Below, piece by piece: positions 34,512 through 45,865 of a stretch of 64,000 nt of DNA (its first letter is position 1; the number at the start of each line of letters is the position of its first letter). The notes beneath the pieces are model-generated. The model ran no database searches. It saw only the letters and a program-made list of their open reading frames with translations, and was not told the origin of the DNA. Both the position numbers and the translations under genes were made by a program. This stretch comes from Rhynchopus sp. YZ270_cl-10 (taxonomy: Eukaryota): the NCBI GenBank assembly GCA_964035575.1, contig OZ037838.1, forward strand, positions 558,001 through 622,000. Direction: 5' to 3'.

Positions 34512-35588
34512 TCACTCACTGTTGTGTGGGTACAGATGCTTTGTCGCAATGACGCCACCCGGTTGCGCAGTCACAACAACACGTGAACACGGCGATATCA
34601 CAAATGACGTAGCATAGGTTTGCGGGACCACACGCACAGAGGACATGGTTGCCACATCATACTGGTGCAGCATGAGTGATGCCTTTACCACAAAGTACTT
34701 CCCACACGGGGTGAACTGCATGCCCCAGATATCCCCGTCCACATCAACACTGCGAAGAGCCGCACCACTCCAATCAAAGAGCTGCACGCTGGTTCCCACC
34801 CCCTTCACAGCAAAGACAGAGGCAGACCGTGAAAGCGCCACTCTACACCACCACCCCTTGGGAGTACATGCCACAGATTCACCTGTGTTCACATCCCACA
34901 GACGTGCGTTGTTCTCCTTGTTGGAGGAGGTGATCACCCACCCACCACAGTCCGACACTGCCACGTCCCAGCACCTTTCATGCGAGAGAGAGCGGAGCAA
35001 CGTCAGGTCTTCGTCATACACAGAGACGCCGTCTTCGCCTCGGGAGACAACAACACTGCCACACGCAAACACTGATTCCGAGTTGCCGTCGAATTTGCGG
35101 AGCACCTCCCCACCCGGAAGCGCAACCTCGAGAAGGCCTTCCACGCATGACAGGTAGCAGCGTGTCTTGCACTGCGATATGGCAGGGGGATATAGCACAA
35201 TATGGGGTAGGTTGAACTCAAAGACACAGGCAAAGGTTTCTGTGTCGAAGCCAACAACATTCATATCACAAAAATAGATGCAGAGTGTTCCACAACGCGA
35301 CAGCGACATCGCTACGCTCATCGATGACCTCTTGAAATTGTACTCAGCAGGACACTTGATGTCGGCAAAGCGGCGGGCAAGCACAACCTGCACCCCTGCA
35401 TCAAACGCAGTGTCCTGCAGACGGCACGTCCCCTCCAGCACCTGCGTGCCGATGCGCATCTCGACAGACGCAGGCGAGACAGCAAGCGCCGTGCACGCAA
35501 CCTCCTTTGCCGCTGCAACGTCCGCCTCGCACGGCACCTCCACTGTCGCAGTCACGCCTGACTCTTCCAGCACAAAGGTCACATCCAT
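34512..35588 (-). CDS. UBL + beta-propeller protein, copy 11 (358 aa)
   Basis: Intact ORF from MDVTF. Confidence 0.9.
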   Translation of the reverse strand: MDVTFVLEESGVTATVEVPCEADVAAAKEVACTALAVSPASVEMRIGTQVLEGTCRLQDTAFDAGVQVVLARRFADIKCPAEYNFKRSSMSVAMSLSRCGTLCIYFCDMNVVGFDTETFACVFEFNLPHIVLYPPAISQCKTRCYLSCVEGLLEVALPGGEVLRKFDGNSESVFACGSVVVSRGEDGVSVYDEDLTLLRSLSHERCWDVAVSDCGGWVITSSNKENNARLWDVNTGESVACTPKGWWCRVALSRSASVFAVKGVGTSVQLFDWSGAALRSVDVDGDIWGMQFTPCGKYFVVKASLMLHQYDVATMSSVRVVPQTYATSFVISPCSRVVVTAQPGGVIATKHLYPHNSE

Positions 35589-35855
35589 TGTTTTGTCTTC
35601 TTCTTCTTGTTCCACCTCTGTTCGGAGGAGATGAGGTGTGGGTTGTTTTGTTTTGTGTGTTTGTGATGTTCTCATTGTGTCTGTAGCTTCCACCAACAGA
35701 AGAGGGTTTTAACAAAGCAAAAGTGAGAAAGAGAGGCAAAGGGGGGTGTGGTCTTTATCGTGAAAATGTCTCAAAATGAATTCCCTCACAGGCTAGTAGG
35801 TCGAGGGTGCAACGCAAATACTGATGCAACGCACGATAGCAACACACCGCAGTAC

Positions 35856-36983
35856 TCAGTAGGGGTACAGATGCCTCGTCACAAGGGCGGCACTTTCTCC
35901 TGACTCAAACATAACCACACGTGAACACGGTGATATCACAAACTCACTCCAGCATTTTGGTATCACACGCACACAGGACATGGTAGACATATCGTACTGG
36001 TGGAGGAGTGAAGCTTCGTCCTCAAACAGTGATTCTTTAATAAAGTCAACGACGACATACTTCCCACAGGGAGTGAACTGCACGCCATAGACATGGTAAT
36101 CCTCCTTTTTAATGCTGCCAAGAGCCACACCACTCCAGTCATAGAGCTGCACTTCTTGATTGCAACCCACAGCAAAGACAGAGGCAGACCGTGAAAGCGC
36201 TAGCCTTACCTCCCACGCCGCCGGAGTCATGCTTTCCACACATGCCACAGCTTCACCTGTGTTCACATCCCACAGGCATGTGTTCCCCTCCTTCTTGGAG
36301 GAGGTGAGCACCCACCCACCACAGTCCGACACTGCCGCTTTCACACAATCCCTGTGCGAGAGAGAGCGGAGCAACGTCAGGTCTTCGTCATACACAGAGA
36401 CGCCGTCTTTGCCCTTCGAAATAACAACACTGCCGCAGGCAAACACTGCTGTCGAGCATCCTGTAGCTTTGCGGAGCACCTCCCCACCAGGAAGCGCAAC
36501 CTTGCGTAAATCACCACCAGACGCCACGTAGCAGCGTGTCTTGCACCGTGAGATGGCAGGCGTGCTGGCAAGTGCTCCGAGGCAATTACGTTCAATTTCA
36601 AACTCGAAGGCAGTGTTGAAGGTTTGTGTGTCGCAGCCTACGCAGGTAATACGTCCATCGACAGCCACGACAACGAGGCAGAGCGTTCCACAACGAGACA
36701 GTGAGAAATTTTCCGCGTTGCCCTTCTGGATACTACACTCAGCAGGACACTTGATGTCGGCAAAGCGGCAGGCAAGCACAACCTGCACCCCTGCATCAAA
36801 CGCAGTGTCCTGCAGACGGCACGTCCCCTCCAGCACCTGCGTGCCGATGCGCATCTCGACAGACGCAGGCGAGACAGCAAGCGCCGTGCACGCAACCTCC
36901 TTTGCCGCTGCAACGTCCGCCTCGCACGGCACCTCCACTGTCGCAGTCACGCCTGACTCTTCCAGCACAAAGGTCACATCCAT
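35856..36983 (-). CDS. UBL + beta-propeller protein, copy 12 (375 aa; divergent propeller)
   Basis: Intact ORF, ends RHLYPY. Confidence 0.9.
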   Translation of the reverse strand: MDVTFVLEESGVTATVEVPCEADVAAAKEVACTALAVSPASVEMRIGTQVLEGTCRLQDTAFDAGVQVVLACRFADIKCPAECSIQKGNAENFSLSRCGTLCLVVVAVDGRITCVGCDTQTFNTAFEFEIERNCLGALASTPAISRCKTRCYVASGGDLRKVALPGGEVLRKATGCSTAVFACGSVVISKGKDGVSVYDEDLTLLRSLSHRDCVKAAVSDCGGWVLTSSKKEGNTCLWDVNTGEAVACVESMTPAAWEVRLALSRSASVFAVGCNQEVQLYDWSGVALGSIKKEDYHVYGVQFTPCGKYVVVDFIKESLFEDEASLLHQYDMSTMSCVRVIPKCWSEFVISPCSRVVMFESGESAALVTRHLYPY

Positions 36984-39777
36984 TGTTTTCTGTATCAGGA
37001 TCCTTTGTGTTTAACGCACTGTGATGTGGTACGTTGGTAGACGTGGAAGGATGTGAGAATAGAATTAGTTTGGTTGAGACACACAAAGGTGTCGGTTCTA
37101 CCCATATCCTGTGTCACATCGTTGATTCTTCTTTCCCTGCGTTGACTGCAGGAAAGTTGTAGTATGAAAAAATGAAAGCAGAAACCTTTTAAAACTATAC
37201 ATTTTATTGTCCCTTTTGTCAAATCTCTTTGTTTTGTCGTTGTCTGTTTTTTCTACATTTCTTGTTTTTCTTGATAAATTGTTGGAGTAGTGTAGTTGCC
37301 TCGGTTGTGTTGCCACAGTTTGTGCAATATCCACTGTCTTCTTATTGTAAAAGGGCCTTAACTGTTTCAAACACCCAATAACTCAATGAGTTTGGATCAG
37401 GTGAACCAAGCCTCTCTGTGCTTGGTCAAATAAAAAGAGAAAAGTTCATAACATGATCCTAAGCCTCTCGTGCTTAGTAACCTTGAAAAAAAAGGGGGGA
37501 AGAGTGGGCATAAAATTGAACAAAGCCTTGTAGAACACAAGGAAAGCATCATCAAAATGCAGCAATGAACGCTGTCCGGGGAGGGGGAAGAAGGGGCAGG
37601 GAGGGAGAGTTTTCACAACTGTGCAAATATTGGCGGCATACCCTTAAGCATAAGGGGAGAGGGAAGAGGGTGAGGAATTGGCCAAGGGTTGTGAAGAGAA
37701 ATTGGTTGGTTCTCTCTGATTTGCTCTGGTTGAAGAGAAGGAAGGAAAAGGTGTTGGAAGTTACACTTACCAAGAGAGGGGGAGAAATGGATATTTTGGT
37801 TCTGTTTGAAAACATCTGTTTGCCACCTTTAAAAATTATTTTATATACTTTCTTTTCCAAACGAAAAGAAGGTAAAGAGGGTGTGAAAAATGTACCCTTG
37901 CTTTTTTTTTTTTGAAAACTTGGTTGCAGGGATTTTTCTAAATGTGGATTGGGATTGGGATTTCCGGAAAATAAAAAAATTCCCTGAAAAAAATTCCCTG
38001 TTTTTCCCTACAGCAATTTCAGGTACATTCTACCCCACCCCACCCCCAGAGAGTTTCGCCTGTGGGATGCGATCGATCAACGCGATCAAATAAAGCGAAA
38101 AAAGGGGGGAACAAAAAAATAAAAATCCCGGATTTTCGAGAAAAAAATTGGCTCTGCAGGCGGTTACTGTAGTTGTGGGTGCGGATGTTCACGTCAGTTG
38201 CAGGCAAACGTCCAGCATCAGAGACATTTGAGGTTGTGCACAAGAAGAAGGAGAAGACGTGTCAATCGCATTCAATTATGAGGGTTGGAAGACGGAGGAG
38301 ATCTCAGATGTTGCGTACCGTGGCTTCGCCAGGAACCTTTGGGTGCCTGATGACCGCCGTTTCTTTCATAAATGTACCGAGGTTACTGATAAGGCTGATA
38401 CACTACGGCTTGTGGTTCACCCCTCCCCACCCGCCTTTTGTGCATCAGAGGGAGAAAGCGCCACGCCTCCCTGCACTGGCAGGGAGTCGCGAGCGCGAAG
38501 CGCGCAGCGACCGCTTTACGGGGGGAAAGCTCGGGACCCCAAATCACCCCCGTTTTGGCCAAAAGGGGTGATTGGTGAGTGACCTGTCGACATGTCGGGG
38601 AAAAAAATATTTTTTTCCACAAAAAGGTCAAAAAACGGCCCAAAAAATATACCAAAAAAAACAGGGAATTTTTTGGATTGGGATTTCGGAATTTGGCCAA
38701 AAAGGGACGGATTTAGAGATATCCTTGCTTGGTTGTATTAGTGTAGCCACCCTAGAGTGTGCTCCACTATTTTTTTTGGATGCTTTGCAAAGCGTAGAAA
38801 GAACCCTAGGACAGCTTCTTTTGATAAAAGCTAGCAAACACAAAAACCAACGCGTGGAAAAAAGAGAGTGCTATTTTCCTCCTGTATGTGCAGTGTACGT
38901 TTTGGGTACGGTGCGGAGAATACAATATGTTCGATAAAAGAAAACGCGAGCATATTTATGATTTGTGTTATCTCATTCAATTTTATTTTTCCTTCCTTCA
39001 AAACTTCACACACAACGCTTTTTTGGTTTTTGGGAGACACACAAGGTGCCAGGTTCTATGGTAAGCACGGAACCACCCTGCACCTGTTTGTCATGTTGTT
39101 TCCCGTGCAATACATGGAGAAACGTTTCGCACTCGAAACAAGGGAAAGCTTTTTTAATAAAAAATGAACGAAGCACAAAAACAAGCGTGTGTGGAAGAAA
39201 AAAGAAAAGGGAAAATATTTTTTCTGATTCACAGTGGTGTTTATGTTTTGGGTACGGGGCGGAGAATAAAATCTGTTCGATAAAAGAAACGCAAGCTTTT
39301 TGTTTTATCTTGTTCAAATAAGCTTGTTGTTCCCACCCCATTCGGTGCTCTCATACATACAAAACAACGAGTCAACAATAAATGATATAAATATTGGGTT
39401 ATATTTCCCAACCCAACAACAAAGATAAAGCGTGAAGACAATAAATAACCAAAAAAAAAAATTTCTTCACAGTAACAAGGTGTGAGTAAGAAGAAAAGAA
39501 AGCGAATAAAAACGAAAAAATAATGTTTCTTGTGAATGTGATGATGTTGTTGGGGTGGGGAGAATAAAACAGTTCCAAGAAAAACTCCTGCGTCGGTTTT
39601 CTTTTTGTTAGAAAAAAATATAATAACGACGTCTTTTGTGTGTGATGTTTAAAAAGCTGTAAGCTTGAGCTAGATTGACGGTGTGGCCTATGCAGTTGAT
39701 GGTATACCCTCTGCAGACACTTGCACTGTCCCCTTCTGTCAGAATACAGTCACCACCCTCCCACCCCTCGCGAAACA

Positions 39778-40974
39778 TCACTCACTGTTGCGTGGGTACA
39801 GATGCCTTGTTGCAATGGCTCCTGTTGCATCAAAAATGCTGTTTGTTGCTTCACACCCAAACACAACGACACGTGAACACGGTGATATCGCAAAGGACCC
39901 ATAATGGGCGAGCGGGATCACACGCACACAGGACATGGTCGCCACATCATACTGGTGCAGCTGTGCATTGTAATCATCGCGATCATCATATTCTTCGTCA
40001 TCATCTGTACCATCTGTGCATGCCTCAACATCCACCTTGACCACAAGGTACTTCCCACACGGGGTGAACTGTATGCCCTCGACAGTCCCATCCACATCAA
40101 CACTGCGAAGAGCCGCACCACTCCAATCATAGAGGTGCACGGTGTTTTCCTCCTCCACCACAGCAAAGACAGAGGCAGACCGTGAGAGCGCCACGAGACA
40201 CCATATATCCGCAGGCACACATGCCACAGCTTCACCTGTGTTCACATCCCACAGACGCGCGTTCCTCTTCTCCCAGGAGGAGGTGATCACCCACCCACCA
40301 CAGTCTGATACTGCCATGACCCAGCACTCTTCATGCGAGAGAGAGTGGAGCAACGTCAGGTCTTCGTCATACACAGAGACTGCGTCTTTGCCCTTCGAGA
40401 CAACAACACCGCCACACGCGAACACTGACCCCGAGTAGCCGACGACTTTGCGGACCACCTCCCCACCCGGAAGCGCAACCTCGAGAAGGCCTTCCTTGTT
40501 CGCCATGTAGCAGCGTGTCTTGCACCGTGAGATGGCAGGCGGACCTCTACCAAGAAAATCAATTTCCAACTCAAACGCAGTCTCGAAAGTTTCTGTGTCG
40601 AAGCCATCAACACACGTGGACACGACTCCATAATGGGAATTATGATGTGAAAAAACGCAAAGCGTTCCACAAGGAGACAGCGACACATGTGCTGTCTGCT
40701 GTCGTGCAGTGTCGACATTGTACTCAGCAGGACACTTGATGTCAGCAAAGCGAGGACAGGCAAGCACAACCTGCACCCCTGCATCAAACGCAGTGTCCTG
40801 CAGACGGCACGTCCCCTCCAGCACCTGCGTGCCGATGCGCATCTCGACAGACGCAGGCGAGACAGCAAGCGCCGTGCACGCAACCTCCTTTGCCGCTGCA
40901 ACGTCCGCCTCGCACGGCACCTCCACTGTCGCAGTCACGCCTGACTCTTCCAGCACAAAGGTCACATCCATCAT
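39778..40974 (-). CDS. UBL + beta-propeller protein, copy 13 (398 aa; chimera of copy 9-like and copy 5-like halves)
   Basis: Intact ORF; halves and flanks match two different paralogs. Confidence 0.9.
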   Translation of the reverse strand: MMDVTFVLEESGVTATVEVPCEADVAAAKEVACTALAVSPASVEMRIGTQVLEGTCRLQDTAFDAGVQVVLACPRFADIKCPAEYNVDTARQQTAHVSLSPCGTLCVFSHHNSHYGVVSTCVDGFDTETFETAFELEIDFLGRGPPAISRCKTRCYMANKEGLLEVALPGGEVVRKVVGYSGSVFACGGVVVSKGKDAVSVYDEDLTLLHSLSHEECWVMAVSDCGGWVITSSWEKRNARLWDVNTGEAVACVPADIWCLVALSRSASVFAVVEEENTVHLYDWSGAALRSVDVDGTVEGIQFTPCGKYLVVKVDVEACTDGTDDDEEYDDRDDYNAQLHQYDVATMSCVRVIPLAHYGSFAISPCSRVVVFGCEATNSIFDATGAIATRHLYPRNSE

Positions 40975-41445
40975 ATTGTTAAGGGGTCTGTTGTGTTTGA
41001 TGTGATGGTTGGTGGTGTCACTTCGCAACGACAAATAAGAACGGGGAATAGGTGTTCCTGCAACAGGGTAAAAGGGGTTTCTTGGGGGTGTTTTGAAAAG
41101 CCTTGCATTTTGCTAGGACTCTGGGATATATTCATCACCACCCTCCCCTCCCCTCCCCTGGCCCACATCATTCACTGTTGTACAGATGCTTTCACCTCTG
41201 CACCTTTCCCCTATCCACATGGTCGATGCACGGCGTACCGCTTTCATGGAACAGCGCTCTCAGGGCTCCCCCTTAGCATCACGTCCAATGCGCAGCACGT
41301 CAAGAATAGCAGTGGCATTCGCCTTCTTGGGCAACCGTTTTGCAACCTCTAGGGGTGTGCGCCCTGCGTGGTTCACTGCATCGACAGAGGCACCGTGCTT
41401 GATGAGCATGTCCGTGGTTTACATGAGATATATAATTATTATTAA

Positions 41446-42962
41446 CCCTTTAGACCCCAAGCCGTTTTTTCGACCCACTTTTGAGTTTTGGTTTTTTGGG
41501 CTCTCCAACCGGTAAAGGGACCCCAGATGCAAATTTTTGATCGTACCTGGCCGCAATTGAAAGATTTTGAACACAGCGTCCAATTCCATTTTTTAAAGTT
41601 TTTTTTTTTGAAAAAAAATGTTCCCCTCAAAATGAGGTAAGCATAAAATCCGCCTTTCGGTTTTTTACTCGTCCAGCAGAGCGAGGGAATACCCGTAAAT
41701 TATTGCGCTCCGAAAATGGCGTTATTTGAAAGATTCGTCACAAAATCTTTCCAAAGAAAAAAAAATCGAGCAAAAAGTCCTAGTAGAACCCAACTTAGAT
41801 GAGGGTAGCTCTGTTAGCAGCATGTCTAAAAATCGATTTCCCTAACGATTTACACTGAAACACCACTACACAACGTAAAAAAGGCTATTTTTTCACGTTT
41901 TTTGGCACCTACAGGCCCGAAACACCCCCAGAATGGGTCAGAACGACCCTGTGAGCCGAAAATTCACAAAAAAATCACCCTAAAATACGAAAAAAATAGT
42001 GAAAACCTGGCTTCTAGTGTGTTTTGGGTGGGAAAAAGGCAAAGAATAGTCAGAAAAACAGTGATTTTGGTGGCGGTCCTCACGAACTTCCAAAGTGCAC
42101 TCAGATGCACAAAAGTTTTCGATTCTTGCTTCTTTTGACAGATTTGACATCAAATCTTTCCAAATATGTAAAAATCTTTTCACGAAAATGAGTAGAACCC
42201 TATTTATCAACCCTACTAGCCTTACGACCTTAGCGACGTTTAAACCCGTGATTTGGTGGTAAAATCTCACCAAAATCCCAGGAAATCACAGATGCATAAA
42301 AGTTTTCGATTTTGGCGTATTTTGAAAGATATGAACGAAATCTTTCCACACAAAAAAAGTGTTTTCACGAAAACGAGTAGAAAATTTTTAATCACATCGA
42401 GACTCTGAAAAGTGACCCTTTTTTCGTACTTTTCCACGCTCCCCGGCATCCAAGGAAAACCCAGATGCATAAAAGTGTTCTTAGATGGCGTATTTTGAAA
42501 GATCGGTGAAAAATCTTTCAAAATCTTAACGTACACTCTCTGTTGATTCTAAAACGGGGGAGGGTAAAAAAGGCGTGAAAGGTAAATTGGGGAAGAGGTT
42601 GAAAAGTTGGAACGCTTCCTCACCCCAGATCACACACATATGTCACAAGTGTCATGTCACCGAAAAATATAAAAAAATGTTTTTCTGAAACTGAGTAGAA
42701 CCCCAGTAATGGCCTAGTGGTATTAGGAGGGTTATTTCAGGGGGTGTTGGTCAAAAAACATGATTTTCCGTGGCAGCTCCGCTTTCCCCCCAGCATCCAA
42801 AAAAATATTAGATGCGCAAAACTTTTCGATTCTTGCTTCTTTTGAAAGATCGGCGCAAAATCTTTCAAAATATAAAAAATGTTTTTCCCATTTTGAGTAG
42901 AATATTCCTAATTGTATGGCGCCATTCTGCTACCCATATATGGGTATCTGGGGTCTAAAGGG
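41446..42962. mobile_element. Non-autonomous piggyBac-like element
   Basis: TTAA on both sides (41442-45, 42963-66); 14 bp TIR CCCTTTAGACCCCA. Confidence 0.85.
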
Positions 42963-43017
42963 TTAACGCGCAATTAAGGTCTCGTACAAAAATCCTGACC
43001 AAAAAAGTATTTTTAAG

Positions 43018-43512
43018 ATCCTTAATCCCACTAGTCATAGCTAGAGAATGCGCATCATGCGCATGATGCGCATAATGCGCATAATTGTGTTATGCGCATG
43101 TTTTTTGTGTGTTTTTTTTATGTCATGCGCATACAAAAAAACAAAAGTGGATGCGCATATTTTTTTGTGTTTTTCTTCATGCGCATGTCTTTTTGTGTTT
43201 TTTTGGTATGCGCATAACGCATATGTGTGATGCGCATACCAAAAAAACACAAAAAAAACACAAAAAAACATGCGCATTTTAGAAAAACACACAAAAAAAT
43301 ATGCGCATCAGAATGCGCATAATGCGCATGACGCGCAAAATTTTGTGTGTTTTTCTAAATGCGCATATTTTTTTGCTGTTTTTTTTAATGCGCAAAATTT
43401 TGTGTTTTTCTCTTAGAAAAAACACAAAAAAATATGCGCATGACAATTTGTGTTTTTTACATAATTTGCGCATGATGCGCATTCTGTATCTATGACTAGT
43501 GGGATTAAGGAT
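43018..43512. mobile_element. Palindromic MITE rich in TGCGCA motifs
   Basis: TIR atccttaatcccactagtcatag.ta.agaatgcgcatcatgcgca. Confidence 0.8.
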
Positions 43513-44444
43513 TGTGTATAAAATAGCCGTAAAATTTTTGACAGTAAAATTAAGGAAATAATTACACGCGAAAAAAAATTTTTTTTTCGGCCTGCCACGA
43601 CATGGGGAACACATTTTTTGGACACAAAAAAAAATTTTTTTTTGAAAAAAAATCAACAAAAAATCACAAAGATCCATACAAATCCACACAATAGACGACG
43701 GACGTCTTCCAAGTAGCCGTAGTTCGAACAAGACTGCCGAGCACATGGCTAATGATTGTGAAGAGCCCATCTGCACATTTTCTCTTTACTTGTCACTCAC
43801 ACTCACACTTAACACCATACCACCCTCACTCCAGGTTCTGACTACCTTCTTGGAACCCGCCGGATTTTTGTACTCGACCATAATTGCGCGATAATAAAAT
43901 ATCTAATTTAGTGTAATTATTCCCGTAATTACACTTGGGGGGGTTCTGGCACTCGTTTTCCTAATCGCACTCGCTGCGCTCGTGCGAGTATTGGAAAATT
44001 CGTGCCAGAACCCCCCCGCGTGTAATTATGAGGAAATAATTACACTAGAATTATATATATTATGGTACTCCCGCTTCCACTCATCATCCAGGTGAAGGGT
44101 GATCATTGCAAACACAGGGACATGAATCCTGTGTGATGTAGGGTCCGGTTGTGGCCCTCTGCCCGCTTCGCAGTGTGGGAGAGGTAAAAATGGAGCACAA
44201 ACCCTGAGTCACTAATTTGGGCGGGAACATGAAGAACAATACACAACAGTGGAGGGTAAGGTTTCGCTATGGTTTCATTCGTTGCGTTAAGCAACAAAGC
44301 CTTTGTGCGTCATGTGTGAAAAGCCGTCCGCTTGAGCTAGATTGACGGTGTGGCCTATGCAGTTGATGGTATACCCTCTGCAGACACTTGCACTGTCCCC
44401 TTCTGTCAGAATACAGTCACCACCCTCCCACCCCTCGCGAAACA

Positions 44445-45581
44445 TCACCCACTGTTGTGTGGGTGCAGATGCCTTGTTGCAATGCTGTTTGTTGTTTCAC
44501 CCTCAAACACAACGACACGTGAACACGGTGATATCGCAAAGGACCCATAATGGGCTTGCGGTATCGCACCCACACGGGACATGGTCGCCACATCGTACTG
44601 GTGCAGTGCCTCGCAAAGTGTAGATTCTTCATCATCATCTGTGCCGACCGGATCATCCACCTGGAACACATCGCCAACCTTGACCACAAGGTACTTCCCA
44701 CACGGGGTGAACTGCATGCACCTGATACTATTCCCACTCATATCAACACTGCGAAGAGCCGCACCACTCCAATCATAGAGGTGCACGATGCCATTCTGCC
44801 CCTCCACAGCAAAGACAGAGCCAGACCGTGAAAGCGCCACTACTGCGCACCACCCCTCCGCACGCACACATGCCACAGCTTCACCTGTGTTCACATCCCA
44901 CAGACGTGCGTTGTCCGGACTGGAAGTGATCACCCAACCACCACAGTCCGACACTGCCATGTTGTAACACTCCTCGTGCGAGAGAGAGCGGAGCAACATC
45001 AGGTCTTCGTCATACACAGAGACGCCGTCTTTGCCCTTCGAGACAACACCACCACACGCGAACACTGACTCTGAGATGTCTTCGACCTTGCGGACCACCT
45101 CCCCACCCGGAAGCGCAACCTCGTGAAGTTGTTCCCAACACGCCAGGTAGCAGTGTGTCTTGCACTGCGAGATGGCAGGCGGACAGTACACTTCGAATGC
45201 GTCCACTTCAAACGAGAAGACAGTGTTGAAGGTTTCTGTGTCGAAGCCACCAACGTGCCCATTCCTGCTACAATAGACGCAGAGTGTTCCACAACGCGAC
45301 AGTGACAAGTTTCCCACACGAGTTGCAGTGTACTCAGCAGGACACTTGATGTCGGCAAAGCGGCAGGCAAGCACAACCTGCACCCCTGCATCAAACGCAG
45401 TGTCCTGCAGACGGCACGTCCCCTCCAGCACCTGCGTGCCGATGCGCATCTCGACAGACGCAGGCGAGACAGCAAGCGCCGTGCACGCAACCTCCTTTGC
45501 CGCTGCAACGTCCGCCTCGCACGGCACCTCCACTGTCGCAGTCACGCCTGACTCTTCCAGCACAAAGGTTACATCCATCAT
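44445..45581 (-). CDS. UBL + beta-propeller protein, copy 14 (378 aa)
   Basis: Intact ORF, family motifs. Confidence 0.9.
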   Translation of the reverse strand: MMDVTFVLEESGVTATVEVPCEADVAAAKEVACTALAVSPASVEMRIGTQVLEGTCRLQDTAFDAGVQVVLACRFADIKCPAEYTATRVGNLSLSRCGTLCVYCSRNGHVGGFDTETFNTVFSFEVDAFEVYCPPAISQCKTHCYLACWEQLHEVALPGGEVVRKVEDISESVFACGGVVSKGKDGVSVYDEDLMLLRSLSHEECYNMAVSDCGGWVITSSPDNARLWDVNTGEAVACVRAEGWCAVVALSRSGSVFAVEGQNGIVHLYDWSGAALRSVDMSGNSIRCMQFTPCGKYLVVKVGDVFQVDDPVGTDDDEESTLCEALHQYDVATMSRVGAIPQAHYGSFAISPCSRVVVFEGETTNSIATRHLHPHNSG

Positions 45582-45865
45582 ATTGTTAAGGGGTCTGTTG
45601 TGTTTGATGTGATGGTTGGTGGTGTCACTTCGCAACGACAAATAAGAAGGTTGGTGGGTTAAATACTTGTTTCAACAAACTCTGATAAAGCACTTTGAAG
45701 ATACCCTGCGACAAACAAACAAAAGATGTGAACAGAAACCTCATGGCTTGCCCGTAGCTAGATTGACGGTGTGGCCTATGCAGTTGATGGTATACCCTCT
45801 GCAGACACTTGCACTGTCCCCTTCTGTCAGAATACAGTCACCACCCTCCCACCCCTCGCGAAACA

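Larger units (their letters stand above)
41431..44062. mobile_element. Composite nested insertion (outer TIR element containing two MITEs, plus terminal ~150 bp hairpin)
   Basis: Empty paralogous site at ~32968 (catgagatata-tggtactcccgc); outer TIR cgcgcaatta.ggtc..gtacaaaaatcc. Confidence 0.8.
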
